The position numbers and the translations under genes are program-made. The notes beneath the pieces were generated by a model. That model worked only from the letters and a program-made list of their open reading frames with translations. It was not told the DNA's origin and did no database searches. Positions 18,367-28,704 of a DNA stretch of 64,000 nt are shown piece by piece. Location: the NCBI GenBank assembly GCA_965198005.1, contig CBDAOI010000003.1, positions 832,001 through 896,000 on the forward strand, given 5' to 3'. This stretch comes from Spirochaetia bacterium (GTDB lineage: Bacteria; Spirochaetota; Spirochaetia; SZUA-6; Bin103). Position 1 is the first letter of the stretch; every line of letters starts with the position of its first letter.

Positions 18367-19119
18367 ATGGCTATCGTGCAACTCAGCGGCGTGACCAAGG
18401 ACTACGCCCTCGGCAAGGTTACCGTGCAGGCGGTGCGCGGTGTCTCGCTGTCGATCGAGCGCGGCGAGTTCACCTCCATCGCCGGGCCGTCCGGCGCCGG
18501 CAAGACCACGATTCTCAACCTGGTCGGCTGCATCGACACGCCCACCGCCGGCACCGTGACGGTCGACGGCCAGGCCACCGGCGCTCTCAAGGATCGCGAC
18601 CTGACCAACCTGCGCCATGCCCACTTCGGCTTCATCTTCCAGTCGTTCAACCTGGTGCCGGTCCTCAACGTGTACGAGAACGTCGAGTTCCCGCTGCTGC
18701 TGGGCAGGACCAGCCCGGACAAGGCGGACAAGCGGCGCCGGGTGGAGGAACTGGTGGAGCAGGTAGGGCTGTCCGACCACATCGCCCACCGCCCCAACGA
18801 GTTGTCCGGCGGGCAGCGCCAGCGGGTGGCGATCGCCCGCGCCCTGGTGACCCGCCCGGCGATCGTGCTGGCCGACGAGCCGACCGCCAACCTCGACTCC
18901 AAGACCAGCGTGCAGATCATCGAGCTGATGAAACGGATCAACGCCGAGCGCGGCTCCACCTTCATCTTCTCGACCCACAAGCCCGACATCGTCGCCCTCG
19001 CCGACCACGTCATCCACCTGCAGGACGGTCTGGTCGTCTCCGAGCAGCGCCAGTCGCCGGAACCGTCCCCGGATCCGCCACCGCCCGCCCGCGGGTCCGA
19101 CCCGGCGCACCGGAGGTAA
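18367..19119 (+). CDS. ABC ATP-binding protein (LolD/MacB-like)
   Basis: GPSGAGKTT, GFIFQSFNLVP, LSGGQRQRVAIARAL, ADEPTANLD. Confidence 0.93.
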   Translation: MAIVQLSGVTKDYALGKVTVQAVRGVSLSIERGEFTSIAGPSGAGKTTILNLVGCIDTPTAGTVTVDGQATGALKDRDLTNLRHAHFGFIFQSFNLVPVLNVYENVEFPLLLGRTSPDKADKRRRVEELVEQVGLSDHIAHRPNELSGGQRQRVAIARALVTRPAIVLADEPTANLDSKTSVQIIELMKRINAERGSTFIFSTHKPDIVALADHVIHLQDGLVVSEQRQSPEPSPDPPPPARGSDPAHRR

Positions 19120-19125
19120 TGCCGC

Positions 19126-20649
19126 GTGCCGGTGATCCTGCGCATCGCGTTGCGCAACCTGCGTGAGCATCGCGCCAAGACCTTGATCGTGGGCATCATC
19201 ATCGCGGTCGGGATCGCGGTGCTGGTGGCCGGCAACTCGCTGGCCGAGACCGCCACCCGCGGCCTGCGCCGGTCGTTCATCGACAACTACACCGGCCACG
19301 TCATGATCCACGGGCGCACCGCCAAGGACCTTTCCCTGTTCGGCTTCGGCGCCGGGACCGGCAATGAGGAGCTCCCCCGCATCGGCAGCTACGCGGAAGT
19401 GTTCGCCCACGTGGCGGCGCTGCCCGAGGTCGCGGCGGTGAGCCCGCAGCTCACTTCCTTCGCCGTCGCCCACGCCGACGAGGAGCAGAACGAGGAGTTC
19501 TTCGTGATGCTGTTCGGGGTCGACGTCGCCAGCTACGGCGCGATGTTCCCCGACAGTGCCGAGGTCGTCGCCGGGCAGCCGCTGGCGCCGGGCCGGCCCG
19601 GCATCATGCTGCCGGCCACCTTGGCCGAGGAGATGGGAGAGCAGCTCGGCGTGGAGCTGCAGCCCGGCCATCCGCTGCTGCTCACCGCCGTCGGCGGCAA
19701 CGGGCTCCGCATCCGGGAGCTGCCGGTCAGCGGCATCTTCCGCTTCCAGCAGGAGATGCAGGGCCTCAATCGGGTCGCGATCGTGGACGCCCAGTCGCTG
19801 CGCGCGCTCGCCGGGCTGGTGGTCAGCACCGGCCAGATCGAGCTGGACGCGCGGGAAACCGAGATGCTCGACGCCGGTGACCCGGACGCGCTGTTCGCCG
19901 ACGGGGAGGAGATGGTGGAGGCTGACGCCGCCGCGGACAGTGCCCCGGCCGGCGCCGCCGCAGGCGCTGCCGGCGGGGCGGCGCTCAGCGAGCGGCGCGT
20001 GCTGGCGATCCTCGGCGACCGGGCACGCGCGCCGCCGGTGATGGACGCCGGCGCCTGGCACTTCCTGCTGCTCAAGCTGGCGCCCGGAGCGGGCTCGGAG
20101 CGGGTTCGCGTGCAGCGGCTGATCGACGAGCTGAACGGCTACTTCGAGGCCCGGCAGATCGCCGCCGAGGCGGTCGACTGGCGCGCCGCGGCGGGCGGCT
20201 TCAGCCGGCTGGCGGCGGTGATGCAGGCGGTATTCAACGGCACCGTGGTAGTGATCGCCGTGGTCGCCGTGATCATCATCATGAACACGCTGGTGATCTC
20301 GGTGATCGAGCGCACCTCCGAGATCGGCACCATGCGCGCCCTCGGCGCCCACAAGCGGTTCGTGCGGCGCATGTTCGTGGTCGAGACGCTCAGCATCTCC
20401 TGGCTGTTCGGCGGCGCCGGCATCGTGCTGGGGGCGGCGATCGTGGCGGTGCTGGGGTGGACCGGCATCCGCGCCGGCAACGACTTCCTCAAGATCCTGT
20501 TCGGCGGCGAGGTGCTGAACCCGGCGCTGTCGCCGTTCTCGGTGGTGCTCTCGCTGGTGATCATGACGGCGATCGGCCTGCTGGCCAGCATCTACCCGGT
20601 GATGGTGGCGTTGCGCGTGCAACCGGTGCGCGCGATGCAGCCGGAGTAG
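19126..20649 (+). CDS. FtsX/LolE-like ABC permease
   Basis: IALRNL, large periplasmic domain, ERTSEIGTMRALG, YP...ALRVQPV.AM. Confidence 0.9.
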   Translation: MPVILRIALRNLREHRAKTLIVGIIIAVGIAVLVAGNSLAETATRGLRRSFIDNYTGHVMIHGRTAKDLSLFGFGAGTGNEELPRIGSYAEVFAHVAALPEVAAVSPQLTSFAVAHADEEQNEEFFVMLFGVDVASYGAMFPDSAEVVAGQPLAPGRPGIMLPATLAEEMGEQLGVELQPGHPLLLTAVGGNGLRIRELPVSGIFRFQQEMQGLNRVAIVDAQSLRALAGLVVSTGQIELDARETEMLDAGDPDALFADGEEMVEADAAADSAPAGAAAGAAGGAALSERRVLAILGDRARAPPVMDAGAWHFLLLKLAPGAGSERVRVQRLIDELNGYFEARQIAAEAVDWRAAAGGFSRLAAVMQAVFNGTVVVIAVVAVIIIMNTLVISVIERTSEIGTMRALGAHKRFVRRMFVVETLSISWLFGGAGIVLGAAIVAVLGWTGIRAGNDFLKILFGGEVLNPALSPFSVVLSLVIMTAIGLLASIYPVMVALRVQPVRAMQPE

Positions 20650-20661
20650 CGGAGGCCCGTC

Positions 20662-21966
20662 GTGACCGTGTTGCGGATCGCCGCGCGCAACCTGAACCGG
20701 CAGAAGAAACGCAGCTTCCTGCTCGGCGGCGCCATCGCCTTCGGGGTGCTGGTGATCACCCTGGTGAACGGCTTCGCGGGCGGCTTCGTGGCCAACATCC
20801 GCGCCAACGTCTCGCACCTGTTCGCCGGCCACCTGTTCATCCAGGGCTACGAGAAGACCGCCAGCGGTCGACTGGTGGAGCTGGTGCGCGACGACCGCGC
20901 GTTGCAGCGCATCCTGGCCGCGGCGGAGCTGCCGGCGGTGTCGATCACGCGGCGCTCGGAGGTGGACGCGGCGCTGATCTTCGCCGGCGAGAGCGTGCGC
21001 CAGCAGGTGGTGGGGGTGGACTGGGAAACGGCCGACTTCCTGCGCGACCGGCTGGTGCTGCGCGCCGGCTCGGTGGAGGAGCTGCTGGCCCGGCGCGACG
21101 CGGTGGTGCTGAACGAGAACGTGGCGGCGCAACTGGACGTGGCGGTGGGCGACACCCTGCTGTTGCAGTCGCAGACCGCCACCGGGCAGCAGAACGTGGG
21201 CGAGTTCCTGCTGGCGGCGACCACGGTCGACGCCGGCGTGTTCAGCGGCATCACCGCCTACGCCCACCGCTCCTACGTCAACGAGCTGCTCGACGTCGCG
21301 CCGGACGCCTACCTTACCCTGGGCATCCTGCTGGACGACCTGGAGGCGATCGACGCCGAGGCCGATCGTCTGTACGCGGCGCTGGCGGCGGAGCTGGAGC
21401 TGGTGCCGCGCTTCACCGGCCAGGACGGGTTCCGCGAGGTGCGCCGTGAGCTGCTGCAGGCGGAGTGGCAGGGCACCCGCTACCAGCTCTCTACGATTAA
21501 CGACTTCCTCGGCGGCATCGACGACGTGGCGCGCACGGTGGTGATCGCCGGCGTGGTGGTGGGGCTGATTCTGTTCCTGATCGTCGCCGTGGGCATCACC
21601 AACACCTTCCGCATGGTGGTGTACGAACGCACCCGCGAGATCGGCACCATGCGCGCCCTCGGCCTGCAGCGGCGCCAGACGCGGCGCCTGTTTCTGACCG
21701 AGGCGGTGCTGCTGGCGCTGGCGGCTAGCGTGGCGGGGCTGGCGCTGGCGGCCGTTGCCCGCCTGGTCCTGCAGTCGATCGACTGGGGCCGCGACACGCC
21801 CTTCTTCATCTTCCTGGACGACGGCCACCTGTCGTTCCCGGTCGACCCGCCGCTGCTGGCCGCCTACCTGGCGGCGGTGGTCGCCGTCTCCCTGATCGCC
21901 GCCCTGTTCCCGGCCAACCGCGCCGCCCGCCAGGACCCCGCCACCGCCCTGCGCAGCATCGCGTAG
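20662..21966 (+). CDS. FtsX/LolE-like ABC permease
   Basis: IAARNL, ERTREIGTMRALG, PANRAARQDPATALR. Confidence 0.9.
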   Translation: MTVLRIAARNLNRQKKRSFLLGGAIAFGVLVITLVNGFAGGFVANIRANVSHLFAGHLFIQGYEKTASGRLVELVRDDRALQRILAAAELPAVSITRRSEVDAALIFAGESVRQQVVGVDWETADFLRDRLVLRAGSVEELLARRDAVVLNENVAAQLDVAVGDTLLLQSQTATGQQNVGEFLLAATTVDAGVFSGITAYAHRSYVNELLDVAPDAYLTLGILLDDLEAIDAEADRLYAALAAELELVPRFTGQDGFREVRRELLQAEWQGTRYQLSTINDFLGGIDDVARTVVIAGVVVGLILFLIVAVGITNTFRMVVYERTREIGTMRALGLQRRQTRRLFLTEAVLLALAASVAGLALAAVARLVLQSIDWGRDTPFFIFLDDGHLSFPVDPPLLAAYLAAVVAVSLIAALFPANRAARQDPATALRSIA

Positions 21967-22075
21967 GGTCATTGGCACCACGGCGTAGACCGCGCGCCTC
22001 GCGTTGTGTCGATACTCGCCTCAGATCGGGCTGCGGCTGGCCGGTGACACGCGGCCACCGGTACATTTCCGCGGC

Positions 22076-22873
22076 ATGAAGCGACAGTTCATGCTCCCAT
22101 CGATACGGCTCCTGCGGTCCATCTGCTCGGTGGCCGCGCTGGTGGCCGCGTTGCTGCTGGTGCCGGTGCTGGGGTCGGCGGCGGACGAGACCGACCACCT
22201 CGCGGTGCTGCGCGCCATCGATCGCGCGCGCAGCTTCGATACGACCGACTTTTCGGCGGTCTTCACGGTGGTGTCCGAGAAGTCGGATGAGGAGAACAGC
22301 GTGTTCAAGGCGCAGATGTTTCGCCGCGACGCCGAGGACAAGTTCGTGATGGTGTTCCTGGAACCGGACGTGCAGCGCGGCCAGGGCTATCTGCAGGTAG
22401 ACGACAACCTGTGGTTCTACGATCCGGACAGCCGCAAGTTCTCCCACTCGTCCATGCGCGAGAGCCTGCAGGATTCCGAGGTGCGCAACAGCGACCTGAA
22501 CCGGTCCTCCCTGGCGGACGACTACACCGTGGAAGCGGCGTCCGAGGGGCGTCTCGGGCGCTACGACGTGTACATCCTGGAACTGAGCGCGCGGCACAAC
22601 GAAGTTGCGTTCCCGTACCTGAAGCTGTGGGTGCGGCGTGACAACGAACTGGTGCTCAAGGCCCAGAACCTCAGCCTGTCGGGGCGCCTCGTGTGCAGCG
22701 ACTATTTCCCCAGGTACGTGCGCGTGGGGGACCGCTTGCTGCCCGCGCAGATGTTGTTCGTGGATGAGCTGAAGGAGGGCCAGCGCACCCAGGTGACGAT
22801 GGCCAACACCTCGCTGGCACGGGTCCCCGACTCGGTGTTCAGCAAGAGCTACCTGGAACGGGTTAACCGTTGA
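22076..22873 (+). CDS. Outer-membrane lipoprotein-sorting (LolA-like) protein, copy 1
   Basis: Signal peptide; FLEP...RGQGYL..DDNLWFYDP; F.KSYLE C-terminus. Confidence 0.85.
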   Translation: MKRQFMLPSIRLLRSICSVAALVAALLLVPVLGSAADETDHLAVLRAIDRARSFDTTDFSAVFTVVSEKSDEENSVFKAQMFRRDAEDKFVMVFLEPDVQRGQGYLQVDDNLWFYDPDSRKFSHSSMRESLQDSEVRNSDLNRSSLADDYTVEAASEGRLGRYDVYILELSARHNEVAFPYLKLWVRRDNELVLKAQNLSLSGRLVCSDYFPRYVRVGDRLLPAQMLFVDELKEGQRTQVTMANTSLARVPDSVFSKSYLERVNR

Positions 22874-23102
22874 CGGGGCTTTGGCTGCTCAATCTGGTGG
22901 TGGAGTGTGAGATTTTTGCGCGCTTTATTCTGAGAAAGATGGTGAAACAAAAACGGTCCGGTAACCGTCGTGATCAGGTAGGCTTTGGTCGCTGCGATCA
23001 TCTGCTGAATGCTGCCGGTACCGAAGCGATCCTTCAACGCCACGACAGCCTGTGCTATTGTCCACCCGGAGGCTCGGCCGCGTACTCTGTATTCGTTGTA
23101 GG

Positions 23103-23363
23103 CTAGCGGTACACATCTCTGCGATGGCCTACCTTGATGACTGCGACGGCTCGTCGTTGGTCGTCGACTTCGTAGACTACCCGGTAGTCTCCTTGTCGCA
23201 CGCGATACCTGGGCTGCCCTGACAGTTTCTCGCATGCAGTCGGCCGGGGGTCGTTACCGAGCGCGTGTATTCGGCGGGCGATGCGTTGGCGGTCTTTCTT
23301 GGATCGGATAGCTTCGAGTTCTCTTACAGCGGCGGGCTTGATTAGCAGCTCATATCTTGCCAC
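23103..23363 (-). CDS. RelE/ParE family toxin
   Basis: L..DPRP..CEKLSG..RYRVRQGDYRVVYE.DD...V.VIKVGHRRDVYR. Confidence 0.92.
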   Translation of the reverse strand: MARYELLIKPAAVRELEAIRSKKDRQRIARRIHALGNDPRPTACEKLSGQPRYRVRQGDYRVVYEVDDQRRAVAVIKVGHRRDVYR

Positions 23364-23583
23364 TGCGCTTCAGATCCTTCAGAACCTCCTCGTACTTCAG
23401 GTTGGGCTCATCCGCTCGGTCATCGAAGGCCGCAAGGTCCTCTGCATCCTCGGCCAGTCGCAAGCGAACGGCCTCATTCACCAGGTCGGACACCGATCGG
23501 TCGATCTCTGCCGCCTTCAGTCTCAGTGCACGGTATAGGTGGTGGTCAAAATAGATCGTCGTTCGCTTTGCATCAGGCATCAT
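23350..23583 (-). CDS. CopG/RHH antitoxin
   Basis: KRTTIYFD..LYRALRLKAAE..RSVSDLVNEAV, acidic tail; overlaps toxin start. Confidence 0.88.
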   Translation of the reverse strand: MMPDAKRTTIYFDHHLYRALRLKAAEIDRSVSDLVNEAVRLRLAEDAEDLAAFDDRADEPNLKYEEVLKDLKRSGKI

Positions 23584-23883
23584 AGCACTATAACGCTATG
23601 CCGTTCCAAAGTCAAAACGTCATGGGTCCGGTGGACGTTCCGTCCTCTTACAACGGTCACCCCGGCGGAGTACATGGCGTGCTTCACGGAGCCAGCTCTA
23701 CGGGACCACCTACTCGGTACACTTCGCCGACTCGGTCTGCGGTGCCCGATGAGGCGCAGACACTACGATGCCAGGCGCCACTTCGAGCCGACCGGCCAGG
23801 TCACGCCCATCCACAGCCCGGCGCTCGTCGACCTAGTCGGCCGCGTTCCGGGCGCGCCTCCGGAAAATCGCTAACAGCTAAGG

Positions 23884-24411
23884 GACATTTCCGCCGCCCA
23901 CTTCAACCCCGCCGTGACGATCGGTTTCTGGAGCGTGGGGCGCCTGCCGACCCGGCTTGTGGTGCCCTACCTGATCAGTGAGCTGGTCGGCGCGGTGCTG
24001 GCCAGCCTGGCGCTGTGGCTGCTGCTGCCCGACGACCGCGGGCTGATGGGAGCGCACGTGCCGGCGCTGCCCGCGGGCGCCTCGATAGTGATGGAGGTGA
24101 TCCTCACCTTCTTCCTGATGTTCGTGATTCTCGGCGTCGCGGGATACCTCAACGCCGCCCCGTCGGCCGCCGCGATCAACCGGCAGCCCTCCTCCGGACT
24201 GGCGGTGGGCGCGGTCGTGGGACTGGCGATCTGGTTCGCCGGCCCCACCAGCGGCGCCTCGATGAACCCGGCGCGCTCGTTCGCCCCGGCGCTGTTCGCC
24301 GGCGAACCGCTCCGTTACCTGTGGATCTACGTCGTCGGCCCGGTCGGCGGCGCCCTGCTCGCCGGCGCGGTCGGCCGCCTGATCCGCCACGCCAGCCGCT
24401 CCCAACCCTGA
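23884..24411 (+). pseudogene. MIP/aquaporin, 5'-truncated
   Basis: DISAAHFNPAVT and SGASMNPARSFAPA motifs present; in-frame TAA at 23872-23874 where TM1-2 should be. Confidence 0.85.
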
Positions 24412-25038
24412 TTACCGGGTTGCCTCCACAACGACGTCGCGGAATCGCGTGAAGCTGTTGGATCGGTTGCACCACGGATCGAAGTGACGCGCAACGGCAC
24501 GCGCGGCCTCAATCTTCCGTAAGCCCGTGGGATAGTATCCCGCACGCTTGAGGATTCGCTCGAACGCTTCCCAGGTTCCACCCGGAACTGCATCGGGATC
24601 ACGGAAGTTCGCTCGGCGCGGCACCGTCGCGGGCACTCTCGGGTATGCCCGGCGCACCGCGTCCCAGCTTCCGAAATACCACGCTTCCAACTCCTCGATG
24701 GCGATTCGGCTCACGACCTGCCAAGTTGCACCACCGGCCCGCGACCGGGGCAGTAGATTCGCGGTGGCTACCAGATCATCGAGTTGCTGCTTCAGTGTGT
24801 GACAGTCGTCCTGGTCGCGGTCTATTAGCAGGACGAGCCGCCAATTGGACGGTATCCAGTGTGCGTACGCTCGCAGGCGGTGCAGCAATTTGGTGCCCCT
24901 GGTGCCCAAGTGGCGCTTGTATGCAAACGTGTGAAGTGAGAAAGTGCACTCCGTGGGCAATATCCGCGGCAAGATTCCTCCGAGGAATGTCTCCATTGAG
25001 GGTTCCTCTACGAAGAACTCCAGATGTTGAGCCTTCAT
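24412..25038 (-). CDS. DUF4276-like (TOPRIM-type) protein
   Basis: [37 protein letters not shown]. Confidence 0.82.
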   Translation of the reverse strand: MKAQHLEFFVEEPSMETFLGGILPRILPTECTFSLHTFAYKRHLGTRGTKLLHRLRAYAHWIPSNWRLVLLIDRDQDDCHTLKQQLDDLVATANLLPRSRAGGATWQVVSRIAIEELEAWYFGSWDAVRRAYPRVPATVPRRANFRDPDAVPGGTWEAFERILKRAGYYPTGLRKIEAARAVARHFDPWCNRSNSFTRFRDVVVEATR

Positions 25039-26264
25039 TGACTACCACGGTCCGTCGGAGCCCCCTCGTTTACGAGCGGGTCCCCCACACCGAGGTGTCC
25101 CTCCATCCACAGATCTCCAAGTAGTGCCCCTTCATCGGTGAACTCCGGGACACCGCGCTGGTCGACTGCCAATTCGCTGTGCGTGTACCCCTGTTCATCA
25201 CGCCATAGCACCCGTACCTCGTTTGCCCGTAACGCGTTCAGGAAGAACGGAGAATGTGTCGTGACGAGCAGCTGCGTACGCTCTGCGGCGGCCCGGCACT
25301 CCTCGGCTAGCTCCGGTAGTAGTCTCGGGTGCAGAAAGTTTTCCGGTTCCTCGATACCGATGAACGGCGGCGGCTCCGGGTCGTAGAGCAGGACCAGGTA
25401 CGCGAGCATCTTCAGGGTGCCGTCGGAGGCAAAACGGGCCATCACGGGGTTAATGAACGGAGCATCCTTGATCTGCAGCAACAAGCGCCCATCGGGCATG
25501 GTGTCGGCCAGCACTCGCTCGACACGTGGAACTCGCTGGCGCAGGACGCTGAAGATTTTTCTCAGCCGCTCCTGGTGTTGCTCGGCCAGATACTGGATCA
25601 CGTTAGCGAGGTTGTCGCCCGACCTGCTCAGTCGCTCCTGCGGACCCGCCTCAGGCTGTCCGCGGGCGCTATCGGACGAAAGATACGAGACGTACCAACC
25701 AGTGATGAAGTTTCGGAGCGCCGCGACACGCGGATGTTCGGCGAACTGTCCTAGTGCGTTCACCGCCAGCAGATCGGGCGCATTAAGGGGTATCTCAACC
25801 CGTTCGGCGTGTTCATCCGGCTCGTCACCCCTTACCGCTCGACCCAGGCCACCGCGATAATCAAGGAACCGAAATGGTTTTCCGTGTCGGCCGCGGCGCC
25901 AGCTCAACCACTCCTCCTCCACTCTGGGCTTGCCGTGTGTCTCGTCGACGGCAAGATGGTAGGTGATCAATGGGAGACTCGGGCGCTCGCGATACTTGAT
26001 TTCAATCGTTACCGGACCGGTCGTCCCGCGTGACTTGAGCTCGCGAGCACGTCCGCGTCGGTCCCACGCACGTCGCAAGCCGGTTTCAAAGCAGTCGGCG
26101 AGAAAAGCAAATACGTCGAACACCGTGGACTTGCCGCTGCCGTTGGGGCCGAGCAGTGCGGTGAGAGGCTTCATGCTCTTGAATTCGACATCGCGGAGAG
26201 CGCGGAAGTTGCGCACATGCAGCCGCTCGATCCGTGCCGGGCGAGGAAAGGCTATCGAATCCAC
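25035..26264 (-). CDS. AAA_21-type ABC ATPase
   Basis: [36 protein letters not shown]. Confidence 0.9.
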   Translation of the reverse strand: MDSIAFPRPARIERLHVRNFRALRDVEFKSMKPLTALLGPNGSGKSTVFDVFAFLADCFETGLRRAWDRRGRARELKSRGTTGPVTIEIKYRERPSLPLITYHLAVDETHGKPRVEEEWLSWRRGRHGKPFRFLDYRGGLGRAVRGDEPDEHAERVEIPLNAPDLLAVNALGQFAEHPRVAALRNFITGWYVSYLSSDSARGQPEAGPQERLSRSGDNLANVIQYLAEQHQERLRKIFSVLRQRVPRVERVLADTMPDGRLLLQIKDAPFINPVMARFASDGTLKMLAYLVLLYDPEPPPFIGIEEPENFLHPRLLPELAEECRAAAERTQLLVTTHSPFFLNALRANEVRVLWRDEQGYTHSELAVDQRGVPEFTDEGALLGDLWMEGHLGVGDPLVNEGAPTDRGSQ

Positions 26265-26499
26265 GTTTCTTGCTCCTGATAAGTTAAGTTAAGTGAAGTT
26301 ACGCCCTTTCGGGCCACGCACCTGCCGGATGTTAGCACGAATGTCGTCAACGAGTGGCTAAGTGGGCTGTGCCCTTGGATTCAGGCGAGGCCGCGGCGGA
26401 TTTCGGCGGCGAAGGCTGCGAGCCGGTCGCGCACTCGGCGAGCAGCCGCAGCCACCGCCCGCGACCGATGCAGGTGGCGGCAGGCTTGGCCTGGTAGTG

Positions 26500-27715
26500 C
26501 TACGCCTGGGCCGCATGTGGTTGGAAGCCGCGCAGCTGTTCAATCCGTGCCTGGTAATCTCGGCCGCGGCGTTGCACGAGGTCGCGGTCGAGGAGCCAAT
26601 TCAGGTCACGGGTCAGGGTCTTGTCGGTCTTGGTGGCATAGCTGCGCGCGAGCGCAGGAGTAAGCTCCGGGATCTTCGGCTTCGGGAGCGGCTGCTGCTC
26701 CGTACCGAGGGCCAGCACCAACGCCCGGCGCCGGGAATTGGCCGCCGTGGGCGGCTCGGCGTCGAACGTCCGGTAAACCAGGTGTTCCCAGGCAATCTTC
26801 AATTGCAGACCGCTGACGTACGCACATTGCTCACGTAAGCCGTCGGCGAAGCCCTGCAGTGCATAGCACACGAATTCCACGGGGTCGCCGCGGCCGGCGT
26901 TCGCGCGACTCGAGCGATCGAGCTGGCGGTAGTACTCGGTGCGCGTCTGGTGGTAGTGATTGCTCAACAGATGGGCAGTGGGCGCCGGAACTCCCGCGCG
27001 CGCCAGCAGCATGAATTCCACCAACCGCGCGGTGCGGCCGTTACCGTCGCCGAACGGATGGATCCACGCAATGTATAAGGTGGGCGAGGATGGCCCGCAG
27101 CAACGCATCGGCGATGCGGTTGTCCGCAGGATTGCCGAACGTCTTGGCTTCCGGCTCCCGCTCGAGCCACGCGCACATTCGGTCGAGCAGGTAGGCGCAG
27201 TCACCACGCGGTGCGCCGCGGTAGCCACCGACCGCCACCCCATGGCGCGGAATCGCTCCCGGCACCACGCCTTCATCGAGGTGCTGTTCCAGCCGGGCGA
27301 GGACGCGCCGGTTGTAGTCGGCGATCAGGTGCGGTGAGAGACGCGGCGATTGGCCGTCCTCGATCGCCTGCCGGATTGCTTCGCAGGCTGCCAGGATATT
27401 GTCCACCTCGCGGCCCAGGTATTCCTGCGACGGCGGCAACTCGAGCTGCCCCTCCAGCCGCGCCCTCACCTGTGCTTCGCTCAGCGTGTTGCCCTCGATT
27501 GCGGTAGTGGCGCGGGCGCCCTTGGAGAGGTACAGCCGGTACATTTCGGCGGCGGCCGCCGGCGGCAGGGCAGCTTCCGCGATCTGCCGGCAGCGCGCCA
27601 CGGCCTCACCGAGCAGCGACCACACGCGCGTCGCCGCGGGCCGCAGGTCGACCGTGAAGCTGATCCAGGGATGGCTCTGCTGATATGGGCGGCCGGCGCT
27701 CACGCGGGTACTCAT
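26500..27715 (-). pseudogene. Fic-family protein with a single-base frameshift
   Basis: ATTAIEGNTL N-terminal half (27041..27718) and WIHPFGDGNGRTARL half (26500..27276) join at ...CAC CTT A TAC ATT GCG TGG near 27076. Confidence 0.88.
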
Positions 27716-27921
27716 CACTCAGTCCGATTTTAGCACATGGAATGTCCGCTCTGCTGTCCGCTTGGGTGTCCGGCGCCTGCGCGGTGCGCTCGCAACCTTC
27801 CGCTTATTCCACTGGCCGTCGGGTCCGCCGCCCGCTACCTTGTTTGCACGGACGGCGTTGTCGGGACGGCGTCAGCCTGGACGGGGCGCTCGACGCCGTC
27901 AGGCGATTCACGGGGAGGGTC

Positions 27922-28704
27922 ATGGTGCAATCGACACGGTCTCTGCGGCGCACGAGGTCGCGGCTGGTGCTGGCCGGGGCGTTGCTGCTGGTGCCGCTAC
28001 TGGGGTGGGCGGCCGACGAGGTCGACTACGCGGCGCTGCTGCGCGCCATCGATCAGTCGCGCAGCTTCGACACGACCGATTTCTCGGCGGTGTTCACGGT
28101 GGTGTCCGAGAAGCCGGACGAGGAGACCAGCGTGTTCAAGGCGCAGATGTTCCGCCGCGACGCCGAGGACAAGTTCGTGATGGTGTTCCTGGAGCCGGAC
28201 GTGCAGCGCGGCCAGGGCTACCTGCAGGTGGACGAAAACCTGTGGTTCTACGACCCGGACAGCCGCAAGTTCTCCCACTCCTCCGTACGCGAGAGCCTGC
28301 AGGACTCGGAGGCGCGCAACAGCGACCTGAACCAGTCCTCGCTGGCGGAAGACTATACGGTGGAGGCCGCGAGCGCCGGACGGCTGGGGCGCTACGACGT
28401 GCACGTGCTGGAGCTCAGCGCGCGTCACAACGAGGTTTCCTTCCCCCAGCTCAAGCTGTGGATCCGGCAGGACAACGACCTGGTGCTGAAGGCGCAGAAC
28501 TTCAGCCTGTCCGGACGGCTGGTGCGCAGCGACTACTTCCCCAAGTACGTGCGCGTGGAAAGCCGCTTCCTGCCCTTGCAGATGTTGTTCGTGGACGAGC
28601 TGAAGGAGGGCGAGCGCACCCAGGTGACGATGGCCAACACCTCGCTGGCGCGCGTGCCCGACTCGGTATTCACCAAGAGCTACCTGGAACGGGTCAACCG
28701 TTGA
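27922..28704 (+). CDS. Outer-membrane lipoprotein-sorting (LolA-like) protein, copy 2
   Basis: Close paralogue of 22076..22873; GGGGAGG RBS. Confidence 0.87.
   Translation: MVQSTRSLRRTRSRLVLAGALLLVPLLGWAADEVDYAALLRAIDQSRSFDTTDFSAVFTVVSEKPDEETSVFKAQMFRRDAEDKFVMVFLEPDVQRGQGYLQVDENLWFYDPDSRKFSHSSVRESLQDSEARNSDLNQSSLAEDYTVEAASAGRLGRYDVHVLELSARHNEVSFPQLKLWIRQDNDLVLKAQNFSLSGRLVRSDYFPKYVRVESRFLPLQMLFVDELKEGERTQVTMANTSLARVPDSVFTKSYLERVNR

Noticed and set aside
18226-21981. 1251-aa minus-strand ORF (and similar long ORFs such as 1985..3523, 8231..9730, 43091..44881)
   Set aside because: Antisense shadows of well-supported genes in high-GC DNA; no recognisable motifs.
22885-27900. Integron cassette array
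   Set aside because: No intI, no recurring attC-like GTTRRRY/RYYYAAC palindromes recognised, and genes lie in mixed orientation.
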